Shown: positions 28,615 through 39,561, counted from the first letter of the stretch. The stretch: DNA of 64,000 nt from an uncultured Prevotella sp. (GCA_905236455.1 CAJOPT010000096.1:4922-68921), one strand, 5' to 3'. Notes: a model not told the origin generated them from the sequence alone. Numbers and translations: made by a program.

Positions 28615-28992
28615 ATGAAAAAGATTTTAATGATAGTAATGCTGTTTGTAGGTGTAGCCTCAGTTGCATCCGCACAGGCAGAAATCAGATTCGACAAGCT
28701 TACCCATAATTTTGGGACATTCCCCGAGAGTAACGCTACGAGGGAAGCGACATTCACATTTACCAATACAGGCAATCAACCATTAGTGATAAACCAAGTA
28801 GTAGCAAGCTGTGGATGTACGGTGCCATCATACGACAAGAAGCCTATTGCTCCTGGTCAGAAGGGTACTATTGACATAAAATACAACGGAAAGGGAAAGT
28901 TCCCTGGTCATTTCAAGAAAAGCATTACCGTACGCTCAAATGCCAAGACTGAGATGGTACGGTTATATATAGAAGGAGAGATGACGGAGTAA
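28615..28992 (+). CDS. DUF1573 domain exported protein
   Basis: Start set at MKKILMIVMLF. FTFTNTGNQPLVI...ASCGCT motif. Own -7 element TACTTTTG at 28548-28555. Confidence 0.9.
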   Translation: MKKILMIVMLFVGVASVASAQAEIRFDKLTHNFGTFPESNATREATFTFTNTGNQPLVINQVVASCGCTVPSYDKKPIAPGQKGTIDIKYNGKGKFPGHFKKSITVRSNAKTEMVRLYIEGEMTE

Positions 28993-28995
28993 AGG

Positions 28996-30192
28996 TCATC
29001 TGCTCCTCCACAAGACCATAACTTTGCGCTGGATAGCTATGTAGTTTACAATAGTTACCAGCGCAAATAGTATTATACCGAATATTATGGCAGGCATCAT
29101 GGAACCGTCCTGCATCTGCGGATATAATGAATAGATAATATCCATATAATAGTCGCGCACCATGTAAAGGGCCACCCATGCTATTACCAGGACGGAAAGA
29201 TTCAATATCACGGTGAGAGTCTGGTATGGCAATGCCACTCTCGATGGCCTATATCCAATAAGCAATAGATTTTGGAGCTTTGAGGAGTTTTTCTGCACCA
29301 AAAGATAAATACTCAACATAAGTATATAGAAGCTTAAAATAGAGATAACCAAACCAATGAGCATCACAAGTGTAACCACCATTCTCAAGAAATAGGTTGT
29401 CTTCTCCGCGTCAAGCTTTTCATCGTCCATCTCGTACTCCCGATTTTCAAGAAACTTGCCTATCCGCTCGTCCGCAGGGTTCGTTACCTCCACTATAAGA
29501 CGGTTGGGAGCTGCTTCACCATCAGGAGCATAATAATTGTTTGCCCATTTCATGAATGAGTCAGGAACCATTATCTCACTCATCCTACTTGAAAAGCCAA
29601 TAACACGCCCTTTAAAATCATCCTGCTTTCCATTACCTCTGATATTTAGGTTGAAATCAATCATCCCCATCAAGCCTTCGCTGATTTTAGGTAATGAACG
29701 ACTCTGTGCAAAACCAAAGTTATACATACTTATATATGTTCGGGGAAGAATGATTGGAACCTCCTTGCTACCTTCCGTGAATATCCAATCGGTCTTTGGC
29801 ACGTCAATAAACTCATCTGGTATACTCTGAAGGAATATCTCAGAGTTCAAGATGTTATTGCCGTCAACTCCCATCTGTGCGGTAACTTTGAAATCATTGC
29901 CGGTAAAGGCTCCGACCTTCTTAATAAAATCCTGATGTGTAACCTCAGCGATATTGTATTTTGAGAAAGAGGAAGACCGTCCTGATATTGTTGTTCCCGC
30001 TCCTATCTTTTTGCTTATGATAAGATAATCCGATTTCATAAAGCTATCCTCGGCTGTAAATACGGGCACAACATCGCGATAGAACTGTATGCCGAGAAGG
30101 ACGATGAACATTCCAAAAAGATTAGCAAAGAAGAAACCGATAAATTGTGGGATGCTTATATGTTGTCTGAGTAATTTCCAAATAAGTGACAT
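28996..30192 (-). CDS. ABC transporter permease (FtsX/MacB-like)
   Basis: N-terminal TM, large extracytoplasmic region, three C-terminal TMs with LLLIGY motif. Confidence 0.85.
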   Translation of the reverse strand: MSLIWKLLRQHISIPQFIGFFFANLFGMFIVLLGIQFYRDVVPVFTAEDSFMKSDYLIISKKIGAGTTISGRSSSFSKYNIAEVTHQDFIKKVGAFTGNDFKVTAQMGVDGNNILNSEIFLQSIPDEFIDVPKTDWIFTEGSKEVPIILPRTYISMYNFGFAQSRSLPKISEGLMGMIDFNLNIRGNGKQDDFKGRVIGFSSRMSEIMVPDSFMKWANNYYAPDGEAAPNRLIVEVTNPADERIGKFLENREYEMDDEKLDAEKTTYFLRMVVTLVMLIGLVISILSFYILMLSIYLLVQKNSSKLQNLLLIGYRPSRVALPYQTLTVILNLSVLVIAWVALYMVRDYYMDIIYSLYPQMQDGSMMPAIIFGIILFALVTIVNYIAIQRKVMVLWRSR

Positions 30193-30238
30193 TGTATGAA
30201 TCCTTTTATGTGGGAATAATAAGAATAATATTCTGAAA

Positions 30239-30883
30239 TTATAATTTTAGCACTTCATTATATTGCAAATCCATGTGTTTGCCGATACTTGTCACGATGA
30301 CTCCGGCACCTTGAGCAGACGCCTCCTCCATCATCATCTGTCCCATAATATTGGCATTGGTATCGTCAAGATGACTTATTGGCTCGTCAACGAGTAGGAA
30401 ATCAAAAGGCTGAGCCAAAGCACGTATCATAGCAACACGCTGCTGCTGTCCAAAGGACATTCGCCCTACAAGAGCATCTGTTTTGTCAGAAATACCAAGC
30501 CTTTCAAACCATGATAATATCTGTTCACGGGTCTTATGGGATGTAAGCCTGTTCTTTATATCGACATTCTCGTATGCTGTCAGCTCTGGAAAAAGACGGA
30601 GTTCCTGAAACAGGTGACTTATCTTATACTGGCGTATGTCAATCCAATCACGCACTTTTAAGCGTCGCGTGTCTGTATCGTCAAAAAGGATTGTGCCTGA
30701 ATAATCATTACGGTAACCTATCACATAACTACAAAAGGTACTTTTGCCCTGACCGGAGTCGGCTTCCACAAGATACAATTGTCCTTTTTCAAATGTCACC
30801 TCCTCTCTCCACACTTCAGACTCCAAATCGTCACGTTGTGCGAAAACCTGTGGTAACACATTCCTGAATAAAATCTTTTCCAT
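30239..30883 (-). CDS. ABC transporter ATP-binding protein
   Basis: ADSGQGKST, MSFGQQQR, LVDEP. Start set at MEKILF. Confidence 0.88.
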   Translation of the reverse strand: MEKILFRNVLPQVFAQRDDLESEVWREEVTFEKGQLYLVEADSGQGKSTFCSYVIGYRNDYSGTILFDDTDTRRLKVRDWIDIRQYKISHLFQELRLFPELTAYENVDIKNRLTSHKTREQILSWFERLGISDKTDALVGRMSFGQQQRVAMIRALAQPFDFLLVDEPISHLDDTNANIMGQMMMEEASAQGAGVIVTSIGKHMDLQYNEVLKL

Positions 30884-30893
30884 TGAGAATTTA

Positions 30894-32870
30894 TTATTCT
30901 TTCTTATCGTTTGAGACACCATTGGTAAACATGAGGTAGCTCACATCACCAAAAAGAGGTTTCATTAGTCCTTTTAGCGTACTGATAATCTGTTGCTTAT
31001 CGCCATCTACAGCTGAAAGATTAATGACAAGACATGTGGTCTTACCTTTCATCAGCTGCTGTATGCTATCAGGTAGCAGTTGGGAGGCTGTGCCGAGTTT
31101 ACGTTTGCCAAGCTCCTCAAGACTCTCTTTATCCAATGAGCTCATGTCTGACGTCAAGTCTGCAGCCCATCCCATTTGAAGATCATCACCACCTTCTGGT
31201 ATTGTAAGGAGAAGCTCCCCATTAACTTGTTCTACGAATTTATCTATATCAACCTTTACCCCCATCCCAGTAAGCAAAGCTCGCAACTCCTTGTTTTGCT
31301 TCAATGTCGGCAACAATTTTGTTCCATCGGTATTTATCAATAGCGAAAAGAGAGCCGTCGTCGGTATGTTTCTAAGATACTTGCCCTCAATGGGATTCAG
31401 TCGCTTCTGGTAATCATGCAAAGCCGCGTCAATTTGCTTGTCAAAAGAGAAGACATCACTACATTCTACGGAGAGACAATTCTTGACAGATTTAATCTCT
31501 GCGGCAATAAGAACTTGAGACGGATCTGTATCAGCAGGAGCTCCCAACGTAAATAAAGATATGAATTTCTCGGGTAACGCTGATGCCTGAGCCACCATTG
31601 CCACGCCACCTCCTGTTTGCTCTAAACGATCATAGATTGGGGTTCCGACTATACCTTCTTCCGCATTGAGATTTTTCATTATCTGCCGCATCAGTTCTGT
31701 TTGTCCAGCACCGACTGACGGTCCCATGACTTGTATGGTATTCTTATCAAAACCGGCTACCCATACTTTGTTCAAAACCGTAAAGTACTTTCCACGTTGC
31801 TGCTTAAGCTTCTGGCAATAGCCTTTTTCAGACATTTTGTCAAAAGTGTTCCGCAAGTCATCTTCATCATTGACTTTCGCCACCAAACCTAAAGAGCCAT
31901 CTGCCGCCTCAAAGAGAAGTACTCTCTGAGTAATATCAATTCCGCAATCAGAAGCGTCACTGATATGAAAAAGAGCCTTCATAAGACTCGCATTTGACAT
32001 TACCGCCCCGCCTTTAGCCTCTTCATTAGCCTTGGCAAGGTCAACAGAGATCAACGCGGTACTGTTCTCTGGCACTGCGTTTAGATAGTCATTATTAGAA
32101 CACGACGTGAAGAAACATGAGAAAATAAATAGTGGAAGGAGAAACATAAGGAGTCTACGCGCCAAGTTTGCCATCATCATAGCGTAAAGACCTGCGGTCT
32201 CCGTACGCAATCGACTGGAGCCGAGGGAAACAGACTCATAACCGTTTGCCATAGCAATTCTGACTTCATCAATAGAGAAATCACCCTCAGGTCCTACAAG
32301 AACCGTAACATCTTTTATATCAGAAGGTGATGAGATTTCTGAAAAGAAATCCTTACGCTCTATCTCATCATAACAATGGCAAATATATTTCTTACCTTTT
32401 TGCGGGCTCTTTATGAACTCTTTAAAAGGGACAAGAGGGTTTACTCTTGGGCGCCAGGCTTTACGACTCTGCTTTATCGCGGAGTTGACAATTTTGTCAA
32501 GCCTTACGGTACGCATGAATCTGCGTTCGGAAAACTGACAGCACACGAAACTAAGCTCATCGAAGCCTACTTCTGTCGCCTTCTCTGTCATCCACTCAAT
32601 ACGTCCCATATCTTTCGTCGGAGCTATTACGAGATGAAGATGACCATTCCAGGTACGCTCCTGGGGTAATCTCTCCTTAATCTCATACATACAACGCTTT
32701 GTTGCCGCCAGAGTTACTTCTGCCCGATAAAAGACACCCTCGCCGTCCATAAGAAAGAACTCATCACCATCTTTAAGTCGCAGGACCCTAAGAGCATGCA
32801 TAGCTTCGTCTAACGGCAACTCATTTTTATTTTCCGCACCGGGAACATAGAAAAACCTACTTTCTTTCAT
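30894..32870 (-). CDS. rsmE: In-frame fusion: 16S rRNA m3U1498 methyltransferase RsmE (aa 1-~240) + DUF4836-like lipoprotein
   Basis: HALRVLRL, KATEVG, VGPEGDFS, LGSSRLRTETAG. Then RRLLMFLLPLFIFSCFFTSC lipobox and a ~400-aa domain with no stop in between. Confidence 0.85.
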   Translation of the reverse strand: MKESRFFYVPGAENKNELPLDEAMHALRVLRLKDGDEFFLMDGEGVFYRAEVTLAATKRCMYEIKERLPQERTWNGHLHLVIAPTKDMGRIEWMTEKATEVGFDELSFVCCQFSERRFMRTVRLDKIVNSAIKQSRKAWRPRVNPLVPFKEFIKSPQKGKKYICHCYDEIERKDFFSEISSPSDIKDVTVLVGPEGDFSIDEVRIAMANGYESVSLGSSRLRTETAGLYAMMMANLARRLLMFLLPLFIFSCFFTSCSNNDYLNAVPENSTALISVDLAKANEEAKGGAVMSNASLMKALFHISDASDCGIDITQRVLLFEAADGSLGLVAKVNDEDDLRNTFDKMSEKGYCQKLKQQRGKYFTVLNKVWVAGFDKNTIQVMGPSVGAGQTELMRQIMKNLNAEEGIVGTPIYDRLEQTGGGVAMVAQASALPEKFISLFTLGAPADTDPSQVLIAAEIKSVKNCLSVECSDVFSFDKQIDAALHDYQKRLNPIEGKYLRNIPTTALFSLLINTDGTKLLPTLKQNKELRALLTGMGVKVDIDKFVEQVNGELLLTIPEGGDDLQMGWAADLTSDMSSLDKESLEELGKRKLGTASQLLPDSIQQLMKGKTTCLVINLSAVDGDKQQIISTLKGLMKPLFGDVSYLMFTNGVSNDKKE

Positions 32871-32882
32871 TCTTTCATTAAT

Positions 32883-33434
32883 TTACCGTATACTCTTCCT
32901 GCGATTTTTCTCATCGCGCAGATATGACGCCATCTCATACTCTTCGTTTTCTATGGCTTTCTCTAAAGCCTCGTCAAGCATAACATCACTTATTGAGTTG
33001 ATAGGGATTGCCATACCACGACTATTTTCCTGATAAGCCACACTCTGTCTGTTCATCAAACGCTCTTCAATATATAATGGCATTCGACTGATATATGACA
33101 ATAGAATCGCATCACTTGAACGGATAGGAATCATTTCAGAAGTAATATTATTGAGAAGAACTGTCTTATATTCACCATCAACGATGTCGGAGATTAACAC
33201 CTCATAGTCATTAATAGTCCCACTTGCCTTCAGTATTTTACATAACACCTCTGGAAGAAGAACGTCTCTGATTGGCGTGTGCCCCAACCGAATCCCGAAC
33301 TGATACTCCATCTGACTGTCACAGACAATGGCAATCTGCCGAGTCATTGCGACATCCGTAAGGATTATCAGGCCAAGCTTCTCTCCGCCTACAATCTCTG
33401 TAATACCTTTAAATACTAAGCGTATTTTGTTCAT
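32883..33434 (-). CDS. Bifunctional nuclease (DUF151) with C-terminal UVR domain
   Basis: IPIRSSDAILL, ALEKAIENEEYEMASYLRDE. Confidence 0.85.
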   Translation of the reverse strand: MNKIRLVFKGITEIVGGEKLGLIILTDVAMTRQIAIVCDSQMEYQFGIRLGHTPIRDVLLPEVLCKILKASGTINDYEVLISDIVDGEYKTVLLNNITSEMIPIRSSDAILLSYISRMPLYIEERLMNRQSVAYQENSRGMAIPINSISDVMLDEALEKAIENEEYEMASYLRDEKNRRKSIR

Positions 33435-33444
33435 GAAAACATCT

Positions 33445-34770
33445 TTACTTCGAGACCGTAGAATCCTCTCCTGGTTTGAACATTATCGCAAAAGCAACAC
33501 CCACAACAAGGGCAAAGCCTGCGAATATAAACCAGCATGACTGCCAATCGCCAACGAGATATCCATTATCATTCCATGAGCAGAAATGATTGACAATCTC
33601 ACCGGCGGCAAGAGTTCCGACAGTGGCGCCAAGACCATTCGTCATCAGCATGAACAGACCTTGGGCAGACGCTTTTATAGACGGGTCACATTCACGGTCT
33701 ACGAACATGGCTCCGGAGACATTAAAGAAGTCGAAAGCCACGCCATATACTATGCAAGAAAGTATGAAGAGTAACACACCTGGCATCGCGGGATTACCGA
33801 TACCGAAGAAGCCGAAACGGAACACCCATGCAAACATCGACATAAGCATTACGCCCTTTATGCCATAACGACGAAGGAAGAACGGAATCATAAGTATGCA
33901 CAAAGCCTCACTAACCTGAGAGATAGATGTAAGCAGGGTCGCATTATTAGCGGCGAACGAGGTGGCTATGGCCGGGTCAAGGCTTCCCTTGAAACTCGTG
34001 ATGAACGGTCCGGCATAGCCGTTAGTGACCTGTAATGACATACCTAACAATGCGGAGAAAATAAAGAACATTGCCATCTTCTTTGTCTTGAAGAGCTTGA
34101 AGGCATTCAAACCGAATGTCTCAGCAAGTGAAGTGGCAGGCTTTTTCTCAAGCTTACATTGTGGAAGTGTCAACGAATAGATAAACAAAACCATACTTAA
34201 CAGTCCAGACACAAAGAACTGCATATATGTGTACTGGAACTTGTGGGCATTTTCAGACAAAGTAAAGAAGAAACCATTGTCGTAGGTTGCGCAATTCACG
34301 AACCACATTGTGGCAATAAATCCGACAGTACCTAAGACGCGTATTGGCGGGAAGTCCTTTACGGTGTCCAAACCATTATTTTTCAGAATAGTGAAAGCTG
34401 TAGTATTGGTAAGAGCCAAGGTAGGCATATAAAACGCTACACTTAACGTATACATCGCTATGAAAAGTGATTTGTTTGGAAGCTCATTGCCAAATCCCGC
34501 TGAGTAGCCCATAAACCAGCAACCCATCATTGCGGCTCCAGCCACCAAATGGCATAGCCCCAGCAATCTTTGCGGCTGAATATATTTATCAGCTACTATA
34601 CCCATAATTGTCGGCATGAAAATAGATACGATTCCTTGTATGGCATAAAACCACGAGATTTGAGAGCCAAGTCCTGCGGTTCCCAGATAATTACCCATAC
34701 AAGTAAGATAAGCACCCCAAACGGCAAACTCCAAGAAGTTCATCACCGATAAACGTATTTTCAGATTCAT
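33445..34770 (-). CDS. nupG: MFS nucleoside permease
   Basis: LSVMNFLEFAVWGAY, FPPIRVLGTVGF, SISQVSE, SAQGLF. Confidence 0.9.
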   Translation of the reverse strand: MNLKIRLSVMNFLEFAVWGAYLTCMGNYLGTAGLGSQISWFYAIQGIVSIFMPTIMGIVADKYIQPQRLLGLCHLVAGAAMMGCWFMGYSAGFGNELPNKSLFIAMYTLSVAFYMPTLALTNTTAFTILKNNGLDTVKDFPPIRVLGTVGFIATMWFVNCATYDNGFFFTLSENAHKFQYTYMQFFVSGLLSMVLFIYSLTLPQCKLEKKPATSLAETFGLNAFKLFKTKKMAMFFIFSALLGMSLQVTNGYAGPFITSFKGSLDPAIATSFAANNATLLTSISQVSEALCILMIPFFLRRYGIKGVMLMSMFAWVFRFGFFGIGNPAMPGVLLFILSCIVYGVAFDFFNVSGAMFVDRECDPSIKASAQGLFMLMTNGLGATVGTLAAGEIVNHFCSWNDNGYLVGDWQSCWFIFAGFALVVGVAFAIMFKPGEDSTVSK

Positions 34771-35022
34771 AACTCTTTTATTTTAATGGTTTGAATATTT
34801 ATTTGTCGACAAAGATAATCAATAAACCTCAAACCACCACATTTTTTTTTAATTATTTCCGCTGATAACTGAATTTTTGATGGCATAAAAAAATTGATTG
34901 TCTCACGACAACCAATCTTTATTAACCTTAATAATCTAATACCATGAAAAACACGATGCAAAGTTATGCATTTATTTTTGTCCCCGCAAACTAATTGTGT
35001 ACGCAAACAGTTCTTTATAACA

Positions 35023-35676
35023 TTAATTAAACATTGCACCATTCCATTTAAACTTTTTTTGCAACAGAATGGTATTTAAGAGTCTTTTATCATCATCCGA
35101 CATTAATGGAATAGAATAGCTTGCTGCTACCGAATACTCTGATTTTGAGAGAGAAAGCCTGATCATCTTTGGTTCCAGCAATGCTTTTGCATCAATAAAC
35201 ATGTCCTCTTCCATCGAGTCTGGCTTACAGATAAGATCATCTTCTTTAATTTCCGGTAAAAGATTTTGTAACTTATTCCAATGGAAGTCATAAAATGCGA
35301 TTGTGCTTTCCGCCGCTGGTGCGAGATAAGTATGCACAACGCAGATAACAGAGTCTCGCTCACGTGGCAATATCTTCATTTCCAGCTGAGAATACGCCGT
35401 CAGACGCAACCAGAGAAAATCATGGCTACAATCATAAATAAAAGTGGAATCGTTTAAGGAATTAAGCAATCCCTTAAACTCTCCCACTCCATTATCAGCA
35501 TTGAGGTCGCCCCTCATATATTCGGACAACTCAATGCGCATGCTCTTATTTAATAAAGGTATGATGCTATCTGGCATTTCCTGCCATAGATTGCATAATT
35601 GCTGGGCTTTCATCGTGACGGATGCGAGCAGTATGCAACCAAGCATCATAAACCTTTTTAAATCCATCGCCATCAA
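35023..35676 (-). CDS. DUF3256-like exported protein
   Basis: Signal peptide, WQEMPDSIIPLL, ESTIAFYDFHW. 4-nt overlap with the ppdK stop. Confidence 0.75.
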   Translation of the reverse strand: MMAMDLKRFMMLGCILLASVTMKAQQLCNLWQEMPDSIIPLLNKSMRIELSEYMRGDLNADNGVGEFKGLLNSLNDSTFIYDCSHDFLWLRLTAYSQLEMKILPRERDSVICVVHTYLAPAAESTIAFYDFHWNKLQNLLPEIKEDDLICKPDSMEEDMFIDAKALLEPKMIRLSLSKSEYSVAASYSIPLMSDDDKRLLNTILLQKKFKWNGAMFN

Positions 35677-38399
35677 TCCTCCTCAACGGCTGCCTGAGCA
35701 GCTGCAAGACGTGCTATAGGAACACGGAAAGGTGAGCAAGAAGCATAGTTCAGACCTATCTTGGCACAGAACTTGACGCTTGAAGGTTCACCGCCATGCT
35801 CACCACATATACCAGTGCGGAGATTTGGTCGGACAGCCCTACCCTTCTCAACAGCCATCTTCACGAGTTGTCCTACACCTTTCTGGTCGAGAACCTGGAA
35901 TGGATCCACCTTCAGGATCTTCTTCTCGAGATAGACGGGCAGGAACGAAGCGATGTCGTCGCGCGAATAACCGAAGGTCATCTGCGTCAGGTCGTTGGTA
36001 CCGAACGAGAAGTACTCTGCCTGCTCAGCGATGCGGTCGGCGGTGAGGGCAGCACGCGGAATCTCAATCATCGTACCGATCTCGAACTTGATCTCAACAC
36101 CATATTCGGCAAACACTTCCTTCGAAACCTTCTCGATGATGGCCTTCTGCTGCTCGAGCTCGTGGAGCGTACCAATCAGCGGAACCATAATCTCGGGCTG
36201 AGGATCCTTGCCTTCCTTCTTCAACTCGCAAGCAGCACTGAGGATGGCTCGAGTTTGCATAGCGGTGATTTCGGGGAAGGTGATGCCCAGACGGCAACCA
36301 CGATGGCCGAGCATGGGGTTGTTTTCAGCAAGAGAATCAACGCGACGCTTGATGGTCTCTACGCTCACACCCATCTCCTTAGCCATAGTCTCCTGTCCTG
36401 CAAGATCATGCGGAACGAACTCATGGAGCGGCGGATCAAGCAGACGGATATTGACAGGACATCCGTCCATAGCCTCAAGAATACCCTTGAAGTCTGCCTT
36501 CTGATAAGGAAGGAGCTTGGCGAGAGCTTTCTCACGTCCTTCTGCGGAATCAGCAAGGATCATCTCACGCATGGCGATAATCTTCTTATCCTCAAAGAAC
36601 ATGTGCTCGGTACGTGTAAGACCGATACCTTTTGCACCAAAGGCACGAGCGACCTCCGCGTCATGTGGCGTGTCTGCATTAGTACGAACCTGCAACTTCG
36701 TATATTTGTCACAGAGATCCATCAGTTCCTTAAAGTCACCGCTAAGTTCGGCAGCCTTAGTTGGAACCTCACCTGCATAAACCTGTCCTGTAGTACCATT
36801 CAACGAAATATAGTCACCCTCCTTAAATACTTTGCCATCAATCTCAACGGTCTTGGAGTGATAGTCTACATTAAGCGCACCGACACCACTGACGCAGCAC
36901 TTACCCATACCACGGGCAACAACGGCAGCGTGTGAGGTCATACCGCCACGGGCGGTGAGAATACCTTCTGCGGCAGCCATACCAGCGAGGTCTTCTGGTG
37001 AGGTCTCAATACGTACAAGCACTACTTTTTTCTTGCCCTCTTCATGCCAAACCTTGGCATCGTCGGCATGGAACACGATTTGTCCGCATGCGGCACCAGG
37101 AGATGCAGGAAGACCCTGTGCGATAACCTTTGCGTTTGCAAGGGCAACCTTGTCGAATACCGGATGGAGAAGCTCATCAAGCTTGTTTGGCTCACAACGC
37201 ATGATGGCAGTCTTCTCGTCAATCATTCCCTCATGAAGCAGGTCAATGGCGATTTTCACCATGGCTGCGCCAGTACGCTTGCCGTTACGTGTCTGGAGGA
37301 ACCAAAGTTTTCCTTCCTGAACCGTGAACTCCATGTCCTGCATGTCATGATAATGATTCTCCAGTTTCTCCTGGATGGAGTTCAGCTGAGCGTAAATCTC
37401 CGGCATAGCCTCTTCCATAGATGGATATTTTGCGACGCGCTCCTCTTCCGTAATACCGGCGCGCTCTGCCCATCGCTGTGACCCCAGCTTTGTAATCTGC
37501 TGCGGAGTGCGGATTCCGGCAACGACGTCCTCACCCTGAGCATTGACAAGATACTCACCGTTGAAAATGTTCTCACCATTGGCAGCATCGCGACTGAAGC
37601 AGACACCTGTAGCTGATGTGTCACCCATGTTTCCAAATACCATAGCCATGACGCTGACAGCTGTTCCCCACTCGTCGGGAATACCTTCCATCTTACGGTA
37701 AAGAATAGCACGCTCGTTCATCCATGAGCGGAACACCGCACAGATTGCTCCCCAAAGCTGTTCGATAGGATCTGTCGGGAAGTCTTTGCCAGTACGCTCC
37801 TTTATTGCGTTCTTGAACAGTTTGACAAGTTTCTTGAGGTCGTCTACAGAAAGGTCTTTGTCGAGCACCACTCCACTTTCCTTCTTTACGCTCTCGATAA
37901 TCTCCTCAAACGGGTCAATGTCTTCTTTGTTTACAGGCTTCATCTCCAACACCACGTCACCGTACATCTGAACGAAGCGGCGATAGCTGTCGTATACGAA
38001 GTGTGGGTTCTGGGTCTTGGCAACCATTCCCTCAGCCACCTCATCATTAAGACCGAGGTTGAGGATGGTGTCCATCATACCAGGCATGGATGCGCGGGCA
38101 CCGGAACGCACGCTTACCAGCAATGGGTTCTTCGGGTCTCCGAACTTGGAGTCCATCAAATCCTCAATGTGCTTTACGGCTGCCATAACGTCATCGTTCA
38201 GGATTTCCATAATCTTCTCCTGCCCTACCTCATAATACTCATTGCAGCAGTCTGTTGTGATAGTGAAACCTGGAGGAACCGGGACACCGATATGGTTCAT
38301 CTCAGCAAGGTTAGCGCCCTTGCCACCAAGTTCCTCTCGCATCTTTGCATTTCCCTCAGCCTTTCCGTTGCCGAAGGTGTAAACTCTTTTTTGGCTCAT
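35673..38399 (-). CDS. ppdK: Pyruvate, phosphate dikinase
   Basis: LGGKGANLAEM, SVRSGA, GGMTSHAAVVARG (phospho-His), GICGEHGG. Confidence 0.99.
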   Translation of the reverse strand: MSQKRVYTFGNGKAEGNAKMREELGGKGANLAEMNHIGVPVPPGFTITTDCCNEYYEVGQEKIMEILNDDVMAAVKHIEDLMDSKFGDPKNPLLVSVRSGARASMPGMMDTILNLGLNDEVAEGMVAKTQNPHFVYDSYRRFVQMYGDVVLEMKPVNKEDIDPFEEIIESVKKESGVVLDKDLSVDDLKKLVKLFKNAIKERTGKDFPTDPIEQLWGAICAVFRSWMNERAILYRKMEGIPDEWGTAVSVMAMVFGNMGDTSATGVCFSRDAANGENIFNGEYLVNAQGEDVVAGIRTPQQITKLGSQRWAERAGITEEERVAKYPSMEEAMPEIYAQLNSIQEKLENHYHDMQDMEFTVQEGKLWFLQTRNGKRTGAAMVKIAIDLLHEGMIDEKTAIMRCEPNKLDELLHPVFDKVALANAKVIAQGLPASPGAACGQIVFHADDAKVWHEEGKKKVVLVRIETSPEDLAGMAAAEGILTARGGMTSHAAVVARGMGKCCVSGVGALNVDYHSKTVEIDGKVFKEGDYISLNGTTGQVYAGEVPTKAAELSGDFKELMDLCDKYTKLQVRTNADTPHDAEVARAFGAKGIGLTRTEHMFFEDKKIIAMREMILADSAEGREKALAKLLPYQKADFKGILEAMDGCPVNIRLLDPPLHEFVPHDLAGQETMAKEMGVSVETIKRRVDSLAENNPMLGHRGCRLGITFPEITAMQTRAILSAACELKKEGKDPQPEIMVPLIGTLHELEQQKAIIEKVSKEVFAEYGVEIKFEIGTMIEIPRAALTADRIAEQAEYFSFGTNDLTQMTFGYSRDDIASFLPVYLEKKILKVDPFQVLDQKGVGQLVKMAVEKGRAVRPNLRTGICGEHGGEPSSVKFCAKIGLNYASCSPFRVPIARLAAAQAAVEED

Positions 38400-38621
38400 A
38401 ATTTTGATTAGTATATTAAAATTTTCAATTCTCTCAAATGCGTTTTCCGCACAATTCGAACTTTATTGTGCAAAGTTATTAAAATTCTTGGAACCATGCA
38501 AATATTTAATTATTTTTTGCTTGCAATTAATATCGATGAGCGTAATGAGCGTAAGATTGTCTTCCCTGAATATAGTTGACTCCCTTTAAAGTTATACACA
38601 TAAATCTTGCATATAGTACAT

Positions 38622-38670
38622 GTGTCATCTACGAAGGGTAGAGATTACATCTAAGGCGCGCAGATGTGTC
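38622..38670. repeat. Dispersed 49-bp palindromic repeat, copy 2
   Basis: 44/49 identical to the reverse complement of 18787..18835. Confidence 0.85.
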
Positions 38671-38766
38671 GTTTACTCTATAAAATGACGTCAACTGCCC
38701 TACACTTAAGAAATAAAAATACATAAAAGATGAAAGATTCTCAGATATTTGCATTATCTTTGCACT

Positions 38767-39561
38767 ATGATTTCCAAAAGCAGGATAAAACTGATACATT
38801 CACTTGAGCAGAAGAAGTTCAGGAAAAAAGAAGGACTTTTCGTCGCGGAAGGTCCAAAAATTGTCAGTGACCTGTTATACTCCGGCTTCAAACCAAGATT
38901 GCTCGCTGGCTTGCACGACTATCTCAAAAAAAACAGAGCGTACATAGGTAATGACCGCACCACTCTCAACGACATCAACACCGGCGATACAGAGATATAT
39001 GACATCGACGAGGAGACACTTCACAAGATAAGTTTTCTGCAAACGCCACAACAAATCTTAGGCGTATTTGAGATTCCACCATCCAGTCAGAAAAGACTGA
39101 CGCCGCCGACAGAGGATTTGTCATTAGTCCTTGACGGTGTCCAAGATCCTGGAAATTTAGGAACAATCATAAGGATTGCAGACTGGTTCGGTATCGATTA
39201 TGTCTTTTGCTCGCCTGACACAGCCGATGCCTACAATCCAAAAGTGGTACAAGCCACAATGGGAAGCATAGCCCATGTGAGAGTCGTATATACCGATTTA
39301 AATGACTTAATCGACCAATTACCGACAGACTTCCCTGTCTACGGAACGTTTCTTGACGGTGACAACATTTATCAGAAAGAACTATCTGGCAACGGACTTA
39401 TCGTGATGGGAAACGAAGGCAATGGCATATCTCAAGCGTTACGCAAGAAGATTAACAATAAACTACTGATACCCAGTTACAAACAGAATACTGCCGAAAG
39501 CTTAAACGTAGCTATAGCAACAGCTATTACATGTGCAGAATTCAGAAGAAGAAGATTATGA
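38767..39561 (+). CDS. TrmH/SpoU family RNA methyltransferase
   Basis: [34 protein letters not shown]. Start set at MISKSRIK. Confidence 0.95.
   Translation: MISKSRIKLIHSLEQKKFRKKEGLFVAEGPKIVSDLLYSGFKPRLLAGLHDYLKKNRAYIGNDRTTLNDINTGDTEIYDIDEETLHKISFLQTPQQILGVFEIPPSSQKRLTPPTEDLSLVLDGVQDPGNLGTIIRIADWFGIDYVFCSPDTADAYNPKVVQATMGSIAHVRVVYTDLNDLIDQLPTDFPVYGTFLDGDNIYQKELSGNGLIVMGNEGNGISQALRKKINNKLLIPSYKQNTAESLNVAIATAITCAEFRRRRL

Noticed and set aside
35796-36935. 379-aa plus-strand ORF and many other long antisense ORFs (within ppdK, carB, kdsD, clpC, htrA)
   Set aside because: Antisense shadows of strongly codon-biased genes, with no recognisable motifs or promoters.
35673-38399. Elevated GC in ppdK (also htrA) as a sign of horizontal transfer
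   Set aside because: Explained by C/G-ending preferred codons of highly expressed genes. No mobility features or flanking repeats.
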